This document shows positions 35,825 to 43,720 of a stretch of 51,074 nucleotides of DNA, one piece after another (the stretch's first letter is position 1; every line of letters begins with the position of its first letter). The stretch lies in contig VBMN01000073.1 in the NCBI GenBank assembly GCA_005878385.1, positions 1 through 51,074 of the forward strand, read 5' to 3'. The position numbers and the translations under genes are program-made. The notes beneath the pieces were generated by a model. That model ran no database searches, was not told the origin of the DNA, and saw only the letters and a program-made list of their open reading frames with translations. The DNA comes from Methanobacteriota archaeon. Its GTDB lineage: Archaea; Thermoplasmatota; Thermoplasmata; RBG-16-68-12.

Positions 35825-36499
35825 TCAGTCTCGAACTTTTGCCGCGATCGACACACCATCGCGGAGCGGCACGATCGTCGCAATCATCCGCGGGTCCTTC
35901 GCCAAGCGCTCGTTGTAGGTTCGGATCGCCGTTGTCTCTGCGGACTGGACCTTCCGGGCCACGTCCCCATTCCACAAGACGTTGTCCGTGACCAAGAGCC
36001 CACCGATTCGGAGCCGCTCGATACACGGCTCGAGGACCGCGGGATAGCCGGCCTTGTCGATGTCGTTGAAGATGAAATCGAATGGGCCTTTGAGGTCGCG
36101 AAGGATTCGATCTGCGGACCCCACCAAGATTCGCACCTTCGGCGTAACGCCCGTCTTCTCGAAATTTTTCTGAGCGAGAGCCGCGGTCTCGGCATCGTGC
36201 TCAACCGTCACGAGTTCTCCCCCGTCGGCGAGGGCGCGGGCCAGCCAGGTCCCCGAGTATCCGATCGCGGTACCGAGTTCCAAGATTCGCTTGGCCCGAA
36301 CCGACCGCGCAAGGATATGGAGGAAACTCCCCTCGGCCGCGCCGACGATCGGCCAGTCGTCCTTCATGCCCTGCTTCTCGACCGCCATCAGCGCGGCATC
36401 GCCGCGGTTCGCGAGGTCATCCATGTACCTGTCAATCTCGTCGTATACGATTCCCGGAGGCAATCGATCACCGTGCGACGGAGCGCGGTTCGCGGGCAT
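35825..36499 (-). CDS. Class I SAM-dependent O-methyltransferase (caffeoyl-CoA OMT-like)
   Basis: ILELGTAIGYSG (motif I), FDFIFNDIDK, GGLLVTDNVLW. I chose the ATG at 36499; the track ORF begins at a TTG at 36523. Confidence 0.8.
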   Translation of the reverse strand: MPANRAPSHGDRLPPGIVYDEIDRYMDDLANRGDAALMAVEKQGMKDDWPIVGAAEGSFLHILARSVRAKRILELGTAIGYSGTWLARALADGGELVTVEHDAETAALAQKNFEKTGVTPKVRILVGSADRILRDLKGPFDFIFNDIDKAGYPAVLEPCIERLRIGGLLVTDNVLWNGDVARKVQSAETTAIRTYNERLAKDPRMIATIVPLRDGVSIAAKVRD

Positions 36500-36559
36500 G
36501 AACCTTCTCTGCGTCGTTGACAAACGCTTATCCCGGCGAAGGCCTCATCGCGCTGTGGG

Positions 36560-36712
36560 ATGGGACCCATGTGCAAGCTTACGAAGACGGACAGCGCCGT
36601 CCTGTCGTGGTATCTCGAGACGCAATACGTGAATGAAATCGCGGAGCGCGGTTATGCGCTCGCCCCGAATCTGGACGTGCCGACGCCGTCGCGCACGAAG
36701 CTCACTCGTTGA
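36560..36712 (+). CDS. Candidate small ORF (50 aa), unknown function
   Basis: MGPMCKLTKTDSAVLSWYLETQYVNEIAERGYALAPNLDVPTPSRTKLTR. It is below the track's size cut-off and has strongly G/C-biased third positions, like the surrounding genes. It lies in an otherwise unassigned gap. Confidence 0.3.
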   Translation: MGPMCKLTKTDSAVLSWYLETQYVNEIAERGYALAPNLDVPTPSRTKLTR

Positions 36713-37010
36713 GGGGTGCGCTGACCCCGGGCCGGCTCACCCCGTCCAGATCGTCCGCCCGGCGTTCCATCTGGTCTGCCTTCGACCGGAGGTGCCGACA
36801 GCGCTCCTCGAGGTGGTTTGCCTTCAACCGCGCCTTCGCGGCCCGGTGTCGGAGCTTGGCTGCTTTCGCGCGATCCTTCAGCTCGTGCTCGGGTCCCCGC
36901 CGGGCAGACCGCGGAAAGACCGGCCTCGTCTCCCGTGGCGGAGTCGCTGACGGCGGTACTGGGTGCTCGGGCCCGGGCTCCATGGTCGTCTCGAACGCAG
37001 ATTCGGACAT
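36702..37010 (-). CDS. Candidate small charged coiled-coil protein (102 aa)
   Basis: This is the 3' part of track ORF 36702..37580, taken from the ATG at 37010 (MSESAFETT...). The region KDRAKAAKLRHRAAKARLKANHLEERCRHLRSKADQMERRADDL is heptad-like. Third-position GC is coding-like. The rest of the track ORF is antisense to the MtaB-like gene. Confidence 0.35.
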   Translation of the reverse strand: MSESAFETTMEPGPEHPVPPSATPPRETRPVFPRSARRGPEHELKDRAKAAKLRHRAAKARLKANHLEERCRHLRSKADQMERRADDLDGVSRPGVSAPLNE

Positions 37011-37067
37011 AAGAGTTGCGCCCAGGACCTCACAACCCGAAAATACCGGCACATCCATCGGCGGATC

Positions 37068-38354
37068 GTGAAGGTCTTCGTCGAGGCGCATGGTTGCACG
37101 CAAAATTACGGAGAGGCGCGCCTCATGCAGGAGGCGTTGGTCGGCCAAGGTCACGGCGTCGTCACCTCCGAACACGACGCCGACGCCCATGTCCTGGTCA
37201 CGTGCACCGTCATCGAAACGACGGAGCGGAAGATGATCCGCCGCATGACCGAGTTGGCGGCGTACGGGAAACCCCTCATCGTCGCGGGCTGCATGGCGGC
37301 GGCCCAGCGGCAACGAGTCCTGGAAACAGTCCCGAGGGCCAAGCTCCTTCCCCCGCGGAAATGGCCACAAATCGTGGAGCTCCTCGACGCCGGGACGGTG
37401 TGCGGCGACCGGTCCGCGGACATCGAATCGCAATCGTTCGGGTGGCACGATGCGATCGTACCGATCGAACAGGGATGTGTCGGTCGATGCACGTACTGCA
37501 TCACGCGGGTCGCCCGCGGGCGAGTTTCTTCGTATCCGATCGAGTTGGTTGTCGACCAAGTTCGTCGAAATGTGGGCCATGGAAGAAAGGAAATCAAACT
37601 CACCGGCCAGGACACGGCGGCGTACGGGCTCGACGCGGGGACGAACCTCGCGATTCTGCTACGGGCCGTCGACGCACTTTCCGGAGATTTTCGGGTCCGG
37701 GTGGGCATGGCGGACCCCTTGACCGTTTACCCGATCATGGACGAACTCGTGGAAGCCTACCACTCGGACAAGATCTTCAAATTTCTTCATCTGCCCGTCC
37801 AAAGTGGAGACGATGCCATCCTTGAGGCCATGCGGCGAGAATACAGCGTCGCGCAGTTCGAGGAAATCGTCCACATGTTTCGTCGGGCGTATCCTCGCAT
37901 CACGCTTTCGACCGACGTGATCGTGGGTTTCCCCGGAGAGGATGAGGAGCAGTTTGGAAGAACGATGGATCTCATCGGACGGATTCGCCCCGACATCGTA
38001 AACGTCACCCGTTTCTCGCCGCGCACCGGCACGCCCGCGGCCCGAATGCCGGACCCGATCGTCGGATGGCGCGTGAAGGAACGGTCGCGCCGGCTCACAC
38101 GAATGCGGTTCGAGATCGCGCAGAAGATTCACGAGGCCTTCGTCGGCGAGGAGGTCGAGGTCCTTCTCACGGAACTGGGCAAGGAGACGACGATCTTGGC
38201 CCGTACTCCCGAATACAGGCAGGTCGTCCTCCCGGGACCCCTGCCGCTCGGAGTCTTCGCCCACGTTCGGATCGAGGAGGGCCACGCGACCGACCTCCGT
38301 GGCACCCTCCTGAACATCCCGACCGAGTGTTCCCAGTTGTCGTCGCCTTCGTAA
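37068..38354 (+). CDS. mtaB: Radical-SAM methylthiotransferase, MiaB/MtaB (CDKAL1-like) family
   Basis: UPF0004 domain Cys residues (HGCTQN, TCTV, AGCM), radical-SAM CVGRCTYC, C-terminal TRAM-like region. The GTG at 37068 gives the usual (M)KVFVEAHGC N-terminus. Confidence 0.8.
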   Translation: MKVFVEAHGCTQNYGEARLMQEALVGQGHGVVTSEHDADAHVLVTCTVIETTERKMIRRMTELAAYGKPLIVAGCMAAAQRQRVLETVPRAKLLPPRKWPQIVELLDAGTVCGDRSADIESQSFGWHDAIVPIEQGCVGRCTYCITRVARGRVSSYPIELVVDQVRRNVGHGRKEIKLTGQDTAAYGLDAGTNLAILLRAVDALSGDFRVRVGMADPLTVYPIMDELVEAYHSDKIFKFLHLPVQSGDDAILEAMRREYSVAQFEEIVHMFRRAYPRITLSTDVIVGFPGEDEEQFGRTMDLIGRIRPDIVNVTRFSPRTGTPAARMPDPIVGWRVKERSRRLTRMRFEIAQKIHEAFVGEEVEVLLTELGKETTILARTPEYRQVVLPGPLPLGVFAHVRIEEGHATDLRGTLLNIPTECSQLSSPS

Positions 38355-38428
38355 AAGCGGAGGCGGACGGCTTCCGCCAACTCGACCCCTTCACCGTTCG
38401 GCAGCACGGATCTCTCCGACACAATGGG

Positions 38429-38437
38429 CTTTATACA
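38429..38437 (+). promoter_or_regulatory. TATA box for tRNA-Gln (and probably pcc1)
   Basis: CTTTATACA is centred 27 nt upstream of the tRNA 5' end at 38460. Confidence 0.6.
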
Positions 38438-38459
38438 TCAGGGGAAATCCGTGCGCCGC

Positions 38460-38532
38460 AGCCCCGTGGTGTAGTGGTCAAGCATTCGGGTCTTTGGAAC
38501 CCGCGACGGCAGTTCGAATCTGCCCGGGGCTA
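38460..38532 (+). tRNA. tRNA-Gln (anticodon UUG)
   Basis: Manual cloverleaf: acceptor AGCCCCG/CGGGGCT; anticodon arm CGGGT-CTTTGGA-ACCCG (TTG); T arm GGCAG-TTCGAAT-CTGCC; discriminator A. No encoded CCA. Confidence 0.9.
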
Positions 38533-38537
38533 TCCTC

Positions 38538-38795
38538 ATGAAGTCCGCGGTGCGCCTCACCCTGGGATTCGACGACATCGAATCAGCCCTCGCAGTCGCC
38601 GCCGCGGTCGCGATTGATGATGACCGGTACATCCGAACGACTCGCCGCGGAAGGAACCTCATCGCTGAGGCGACCGCGGACGGACCGATGAGCCTCCTCC
38701 ATACGCTGGACGACTACCTGGCGTGCATCAGTGTGGCAGAGCGGACGGCAAAGGAGGCACGCCCTCGCGAACGTGCGCGGCGACGCCGCGCTTGA
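38538..38795 (+). CDS. pcc1: KEOPS complex subunit Pcc1-like
   Basis: 85 aa with a Pcc1-like pattern: RLTLGFDDIESALAVAAAV...GRNLIAEATADGPMSLLHTLDDYLACISVAE. The ATG is 5 nt after the tRNA-Gln 3' end. The basic tail overlaps tgtA. Confidence 0.6.
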   Translation: MKSAVRLTLGFDDIESALAVAAAVAIDDDRYIRTTRRGRNLIAEATADGPMSLLHTLDDYLACISVAERTAKEARPRERARRRRA

Positions 38796-40683
38796 ACGCG
38801 AGCATCTCCCGCCGATTCATCGACGATTGGGCGACCGCGCACAGTTCGTCGTCGGGCGAGACCACGAGTGACTCGTCCCCGGGTCGGAGTTCCGGATCCG
38901 CCTCCCGAACGAACTTCGCGAAGACGTTCTTTCCTTCCCGAACGAAGGGGACCGCGTCCGATTCGATGACGACGCGAAGACGGGGCGCTTGGAACGCTCC
39001 ATGCAGGCGTTGAGCCCCCGCTGCTTTCAGGGTGAACAGCCCATCCTCGGCCCGCAGGGAGAGGACGTGGTCTCCATCCACCACGACGTTACGGACTTTT
39101 CCTGTGTTCTTCGATATTACATAGGAGATAGTTCCGCGAAGCAGCGCCTCGGCCGCGCCTCGACCGAACTGATAGTCCGCGGTCGCTCGGACCCGCGAAG
39201 CGTTCCAGTCGACCGTCCGGTTCCCGGGGGCCCGGGCGCGAAGTTCCTCGAGGCTGGAATCGCCCTCCCACAAGAGTCCGAACGGATAGCCGGCGCCCGC
39301 GGCCCATTCACGGAAGAAGACGTCGGCGGCCTCAAGAGACTCGAGTTCCAGCGAATCGGGCACCACCGATTGCGCCATGGGCCAAACTTGATCGAGCTCG
39401 ACCGGAACGGGACCCCAGATGGACTTGACGACGGCGTGGACGTCCGCGCTTGCCATGACGCGGGCAAGCACTGGGGCATACCCCTCCATGAACGGTCGGC
39501 GATGCTCTGGGAGCACGAGCAGTCCCTTTGCTGGCGGCGACTGATATCGCTCCAAGAGCCTGTGCCGGAACCGGTGCAAGATCGGGCGATGTGCGGTCTC
39601 CGGGCCCACGTAGTACAGAGCACCACGCCGGTCGACCGGTTCGAACTCCTCGAGGAATTCGTTGTGAAGCCGAAGTTCTCGCAGAGAGACCAGAAGGGCC
39701 GGATGGGCCCGGGCGCGACGTTCGACCAGCTCCCACAAATCCCCGTGCGCGATCGCGCGACGCACCTCGCGGATTGCGGCGAAGCAGACGTGGAGGTTGT
39801 GCTCCGCGAGGAGGGTTTCGTTCTGGGAAATGTCTTTCATCGGATGGTCGCTGCATACCGGACACGGGCAACCGCTCTCCCGGAGCTCCGCCGCGTGTCG
39901 AGTGCCATCGGAGAACAGCATCCGGCCGTCCCGTGCGTACTTCGCATACGACGCGGAATCGAACAGATCGCATCCGAGGAGGGCGGCGAGTGGGAACACG
40001 AGCGGGTGGCCCGCCCCGAAGAGATGGACGGGCTTCGACGGATCCAAGCCTTTCTTCGACGCGATGATGACACGAACGAGGTCTTGGAAGCGATAGGACT
40101 CAAGCAAGGGAACGACGCCGCCGATGGCGCAGACGGAGACCCCGAGTGTGGAGACCTCCTGCGCGCATCGTTCGCGGAGGTCGGTGTGAAGTCCTCCCTG
40201 GACCGCTCCGACGAGCGCCATATCCTCGCGGAGGGAGTCCGCCTCTCGCGCGCGACGAATCGTTTCGTCGACGTCCTTTGTAGCTCGAGCGCGGTCGTGT
40301 GATGGCTCGGAAAACACATCGAGCATCGTGCCGAGGTCTGCGCCGATCCGCTTCTGGAAGTCGATCACCTCGGCGTTCGTCACATTCACGTCCCCGTACA
40401 CATGGGATTGGAACGCGCCTGAATCCGTCATGACCGCACCCGAGAATCCAAGGAACTCGTGGACGCCCTGTCGAAGGACGGAGTCCCGGTGTGGCCCTCT
40501 CCCCAAGATGTACGCGTTCGTGATCAGGATCTCCGCATGGAATCGGTTCGCAAGGTCTGTCGGAGGGATGATGGGTCGGTTCGGGTTCACGACCGGCAGC
40601 AGGGCGGGCGTCGTAACTCTCCCGTGACGCGTCTCCATCGTACCGATGCGAGCAAGCCCGTCGCGCTCCCGGAACTCGAACAC
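38728..40683 (-). CDS. tgtA: Archaeosine tRNA-guanine transglycosylase (ArcTGT) with C-terminal PUA domain
   Basis: 651 aa. FEFRERDGLARIG..., VMTDSGAFQ, GGVVPL, Zn site CPCPVC...H, C-terminal PUA (VFAKFVREADPELRPGDESLVVS). Confidence 0.92.
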   Translation of the reverse strand: MFEFRERDGLARIGTMETRHGRVTTPALLPVVNPNRPIIPPTDLANRFHAEILITNAYILGRGPHRDSVLRQGVHEFLGFSGAVMTDSGAFQSHVYGDVNVTNAEVIDFQKRIGADLGTMLDVFSEPSHDRARATKDVDETIRRAREADSLREDMALVGAVQGGLHTDLRERCAQEVSTLGVSVCAIGGVVPLLESYRFQDLVRVIIASKKGLDPSKPVHLFGAGHPLVFPLAALLGCDLFDSASYAKYARDGRMLFSDGTRHAAELRESGCPCPVCSDHPMKDISQNETLLAEHNLHVCFAAIREVRRAIAHGDLWELVERRARAHPALLVSLRELRLHNEFLEEFEPVDRRGALYYVGPETAHRPILHRFRHRLLERYQSPPAKGLLVLPEHRRPFMEGYAPVLARVMASADVHAVVKSIWGPVPVELDQVWPMAQSVVPDSLELESLEAADVFFREWAAGAGYPFGLLWEGDSSLEELRARAPGNRTVDWNASRVRATADYQFGRGAAEALLRGTISYVISKNTGKVRNVVVDGDHVLSLRAEDGLFTLKAAGAQRLHGAFQAPRLRVVIESDAVPFVREGKNVFAKFVREADPELRPGDESLVVSPDDELCAVAQSSMNRREMLAFKRGVAAHVREGVPPLPSALPH

Positions 40684-40781
40684 CCGCGGCCCATCGGACC
40701 ATTCCGGTTAAGGTTTCCCGCGGCTTCGCCCACCTCTTCCTGGAACGGATATGCCCCAGAGACCGTGTCCGCAGCTCTCCC

Positions 40782-41573
40782 ATGATCCGCGAGACGTTCG
40801 TCCATGTCGTGGGCGTCGGGTACCGGACCGAGGAACGGATGTGGCGTTCGGGCATCCGCACTTGGGACGATTTCTCCGTGGCACACCGACCGCCGCGAAT
40901 CGGCCTGCTCCTGGCACAGCGAATCAAGGACGAGATCGAACGGTCCGCAGAGGCGCTGCGCACGGCCCGCCATCGATACTTCGCACGGAAGCTGCCCTCG
41001 CGGGACCAATGGCGCGCGTTCGAGGCGTTTCGTCGACAGGTCGTGTACCTCGACATCGAGACGACCGGGTTCTCGATCGGACGACACGCCGTCACCGTCG
41101 TCGGCACCTACGACGGGAGGAGGAAACGCTCGTTCGTCCAGGGCGACAACCTCGAGGACCTCCCCGCTGTCCTCCGCCACGCCAAGCTGCTCGTCACGTT
41201 CAACGGCTCGCGCTTCGATGTCCCTTTCCTTCGGAAGGCGTTCCCGCGGATGGCGCTGGACCAGATCCACATAGACGTGCTCCATCCTCTTCGCCGCCTC
41301 GGTTTCGTGGGAGGCCTGAAGGCCATCGAGGCGGAGATGGGCATCTCTCGCAGCGATGAGACGTCCGGCCTCCGGGGCTTCGATGCGATCCGGCTATGGC
41401 ACGCCTATGAAGCGGGCAACGACGAAGCATTAGATCTCCTCCTCGCGTACAACATGGAGGACGCCGTGAACTTGGAGCCGCTGGCGGAGTTTGCCTACGA
41501 AACGCTCCGATCCCTGTGCCTGGAGCGCGGTTTCGTCACGGCGGACCGATACAGGCCGGATCGCCATTCATAG
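40782..41573 (+). CDS. RNase H-like (DEDD-type) exonuclease-fold protein, YprB/COG3359-like
   Basis: 263 aa with VVYLDIETTG, LVTFNGSRFDVPFL, LAYNMEDAVNL. Confidence 0.65.
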   Translation: MIRETFVHVVGVGYRTEERMWRSGIRTWDDFSVAHRPPRIGLLLAQRIKDEIERSAEALRTARHRYFARKLPSRDQWRAFEAFRRQVVYLDIETTGFSIGRHAVTVVGTYDGRRKRSFVQGDNLEDLPAVLRHAKLLVTFNGSRFDVPFLRKAFPRMALDQIHIDVLHPLRRLGFVGGLKAIEAEMGISRSDETSGLRGFDAIRLWHAYEAGNDEALDLLLAYNMEDAVNLEPLAEFAYETLRSLCLERGFVTADRYRPDRHS

Positions 41574-41677
41574 TCGGTTCGACATGTGTCGCTCGATCCT
41601 GCGCGAAACGAGTTCCGTCTCCTTTCTGTCACGGCCCAAGGAACGCGGCGGGTCTCCTTGACCGTCTTCCAGATGGC

Positions 41678-42022
41678 TCAACGCGCCCGGCCCCGATATC
41701 GGTCGGGCGGATACTTCGCCTCGTCCTTCTTCAGCTTCGCGAGCATCGCCTCGGAGAGATCCACCTTCAGCACGTTGGCCAGGCTGAATCCGTAAATAAG
41801 GACATCCGCCAGTTCCTCCTCGACGGCCAATCGATCCTCGGACGAAAGGTCTGCCAGCGTCGCGGATTCTCGCCATAGGAACACCTCCAACAGTTCGGAT
41901 GCCTCGATTGAAATCGCCATAGCGAGGTCTTTCGGCGAATGAAACCGCTCCCAATCCCTCGCGTGAACGAACTGACGCACGTGCTCCCGGAGCTCACCGA
42001 CGGACGTCGTCGCGTCAACCAT
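41678..42022 (-). CDS. MazG-like nucleotide pyrophosphohydrolase (all-alpha NTP-PPase)
   Basis: 114 aa with FVHARDWERFHSPKDLAMAISIEASELLEVF...EELADVLIY. Confidence 0.8.
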   Translation of the reverse strand: MVDATTSVGELREHVRQFVHARDWERFHSPKDLAMAISIEASELLEVFLWRESATLADLSSEDRLAVEEELADVLIYGFSLANVLKVDLSEAMLAKLKKDEAKYPPDRYRGRAR

Positions 42023-42146
42023 GAACGCGGATAATCCCGAATCGGCGGCTCAGTTCCAGCGCGGACACGGACTGTTCGAAGGTCCCCATCAAGATCCGGG
42101 CGGAATACTCGTCCATCACGGTCTGGCTCAGTTGCAACGGCAACAT
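42015..42146 (-). CDS. Candidate 43-codon ORF resembling the first half of a winged-helix HTH
   Basis: MLPLQLSQTVMDEYSARILMGTFEQSVSALELSRRFGIIRVHG. It starts 6 nt after the CheY-like stop and overlaps the MazG start by 8 nt. Third positions are G/C-biased. It is below the track's size cut-off. Confidence 0.3.
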   Translation of the reverse strand: MLPLQLSQTVMDEYSARILMGTFEQSVSALELSRRFGIIRVHG

Positions 42147-42151
42147 GGTGT

Positions 42152-42556
42152 TCAGTCCCCCCGCAGTGCGAGGATGCGCGAAACGAGACTTGTGATCTCG
42201 TCCGCCTCGAATGGCTTGTTCACGTACCCGATCGCGCCGCGGCGTACGCTCTCGATCTCCGTGAAGCTGTCACCGAACGCGGTCATCAGGATCGCCCGCA
42301 GGTGGGGTTTCATGCGGCGAGCGGATTCGATCAACTCGACTCCGTTGGGTCCCGGCATGCGGTAGTCCGTGAGCAGCAGATCCACGTCGCCCTGGGCGAG
42401 TTTCTCGATGGCCTCCGGGGCACTCGCCGCCGTCACGACGGAGTAACCGACCACCTCGAACAGCTCAGCGAGGTTTTCGCGCACACCGTCGTCGTCATCG
42501 ACGATCAGGATGCACCCGCCTTCGATTGTCGTCTTTTCCGGCGCCAGGATCATCAT
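42152..42556 (-). CDS. Single-domain CheY-like response regulator
   Basis: ILIVDDDD, DLLLTDYRMPGPNG, AILMTAFGD, GYVNKPF (all canonical receiver residues). The ATG at 42556 lies downstream of the TATA palindrome. Confidence 0.88.
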   Translation of the reverse strand: MMILAPEKTTIEGGCILIVDDDDGVRENLAELFEVVGYSVVTAASAPEAIEKLAQGDVDLLLTDYRMPGPNGVELIESARRMKPHLRAILMTAFGDSFTEIESVRRGAIGYVNKPFEADEITSLVSRILALRGD

Positions 42557-42586
42557 CGTCCTTCCTGAGACGACGGATGGAGGCGC

Positions 42587-42602
42587 GGCGATATATATCG
42601 CC
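42587..42602 (-). promoter_or_regulatory. 16-nt perfect palindrome GGCGATATATATCGCC containing the TATA box of the CheY-like gene
   Basis: The ATATATAT core (42591-42598) is centred ~38 nt upstream of the ATG at 42556. The flanking GGCG/CGCC are exactly complementary. Confidence 0.5.
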
Positions 42603-42655
42603 CAGTTGAGCCCGGTTGACAAGCGCCGCGCGGGCGCGCGAAGCCTGTCAGTCCT

Positions 42656-43720
42656 TCATGATTTTGATATCAGCAATGAGGGAGACTTGTGCTCGGAGAG
42701 CACGCGTACGACGTGCCATGCTCGTTGCCCCGCGTCGGTAACGGAGTACCGTCCCGCGTCGACCTTGGTCAGCAGTCCGTCCGATTGGAGCTTCTGCAGA
42801 TGGAACGAAAGCTTCGACGACGAGTCCACGAAGCTCTTCTTCAGGATCGCGGAATACGCGACGGGTCCGGAGGCGAAGACAAAGCCAACGACGGCTCGGC
42901 GTATCGGGTTCGCGAGCGATTCGAGCATCCCCTGACGGACGTCAGGAGAAGCGCCCGCACCCGAGTCACCACCGACCTCGGAGGCGACCTCGGCGTCCAG
43001 CGACCGAAGGACCAAGGTGCCCCCCTTCGCGGCGCACTTCCCGCTCATGTGGCGGATCCAGGCTCGGAGGTCTTCCCGACCGTGAACGGCCTCGATCATG
43101 GACAGATCGTCCGCATAGACGACGGGGCGCTCGTTCGCGCTCAAATGCGTTTCGATCGCGCTGTTCAACTGGTACAGTTGCGCCGGCGCGAACACGTTCG
43201 GCGACGCGCCTTTCGCCGCGATCCGAAGGACCCGCGAAGCGCCAGGCGGAGGTCTTGCACGAGGCCCGAGGATCGCCAGCAGCGCACCACGCTTCGCCGC
43301 CTCCGATACGATTCCGGAAATGTCCGATTCGGTTCGCGTCGCGCCGAGCAGTGCTCGGGCGGTCCGCTCCTCCTCGACCATCCGCAAAGTCCGCCGGAGG
43401 ACCTCGAGGTCGTACGGCTTTTCGACGAAGTCGACCGCGCCGCCCTTCATCGCTTCGACCGCGGCGTCGATCGTGCCCTCGCCGGTGATCATCACCACGG
43501 CAGTCTCCGGCCTCACGACCCGGAGACGATGGAGGACATCGAGGCCGGTGGCTTTCGGCATCCGGAGGTCCAGGAGGGCCACATCGAACGACTCGCGCTC
43601 GACCGTGCGGAGCGCCTCGCCTCCGTCCGCGACGGTGACGATGGCGTGCCCGTCCTCCCGGAGCAGGCCGGCAAGCTCTTCCCGAAGGGTCGTGTCGTCA
43701 TCCGCGACGAGGATCTTCAT
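42656..43720 (-). CDS. Response regulator: receiver + DUF835-like (degenerate KaiC/RecA-like) domain + C-terminal ArsR-type winged helix
   Basis: Receiver: KILVADDD, DVALLDLRMP, VVMITG, FVEKPY. Middle: RVLRIAAKGASPNVFAPAQLYQLNSAIETHL...PVVYADDLSMIEAVHGREDLRAWIRHM. C-terminus: LANPIRRAVVGFV...LSFHLQKLQSDGLLTK. It overlaps the kinase stop by 4 nt (ATGA). Confidence 0.75.
   Translation of the reverse strand: MKILVADDDTTLREELAGLLREDGHAIVTVADGGEALRTVERESFDVALLDLRMPKATGLDVLHRLRVVRPETAVVMITGEGTIDAAVEAMKGGAVDFVEKPYDLEVLRRTLRMVEEERTARALLGATRTESDISGIVSEAAKRGALLAILGPRARPPPGASRVLRIAAKGASPNVFAPAQLYQLNSAIETHLSANERPVVYADDLSMIEAVHGREDLRAWIRHMSGKCAAKGGTLVLRSLDAEVASEVGGDSGAGASPDVRQGMLESLANPIRRAVVGFVFASGPVAYSAILKKSFVDSSSKLSFHLQKLQSDGLLTKVDAGRYSVTDAGQRAWHVVRVLSEHKSPSLLISKS

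Noticed and set aside
34376-36520. 714-aa plus-strand ORF
   Set aside because: It runs antisense across three independent, motif-supported minus-strand genes (part of ALDH, the Nudix-HAD fusion and the O-methyltransferase) and shows no family signature.
38362-38378. GC hairpin GGCGGA-cggct-TCCGCC right after the MtaB-like stop as a terminator
   Set aside because: It is only a 6-bp stem with no following T/U tract. Archaeal termination signals are mainly oligo-T, so the support is too weak to annotate.
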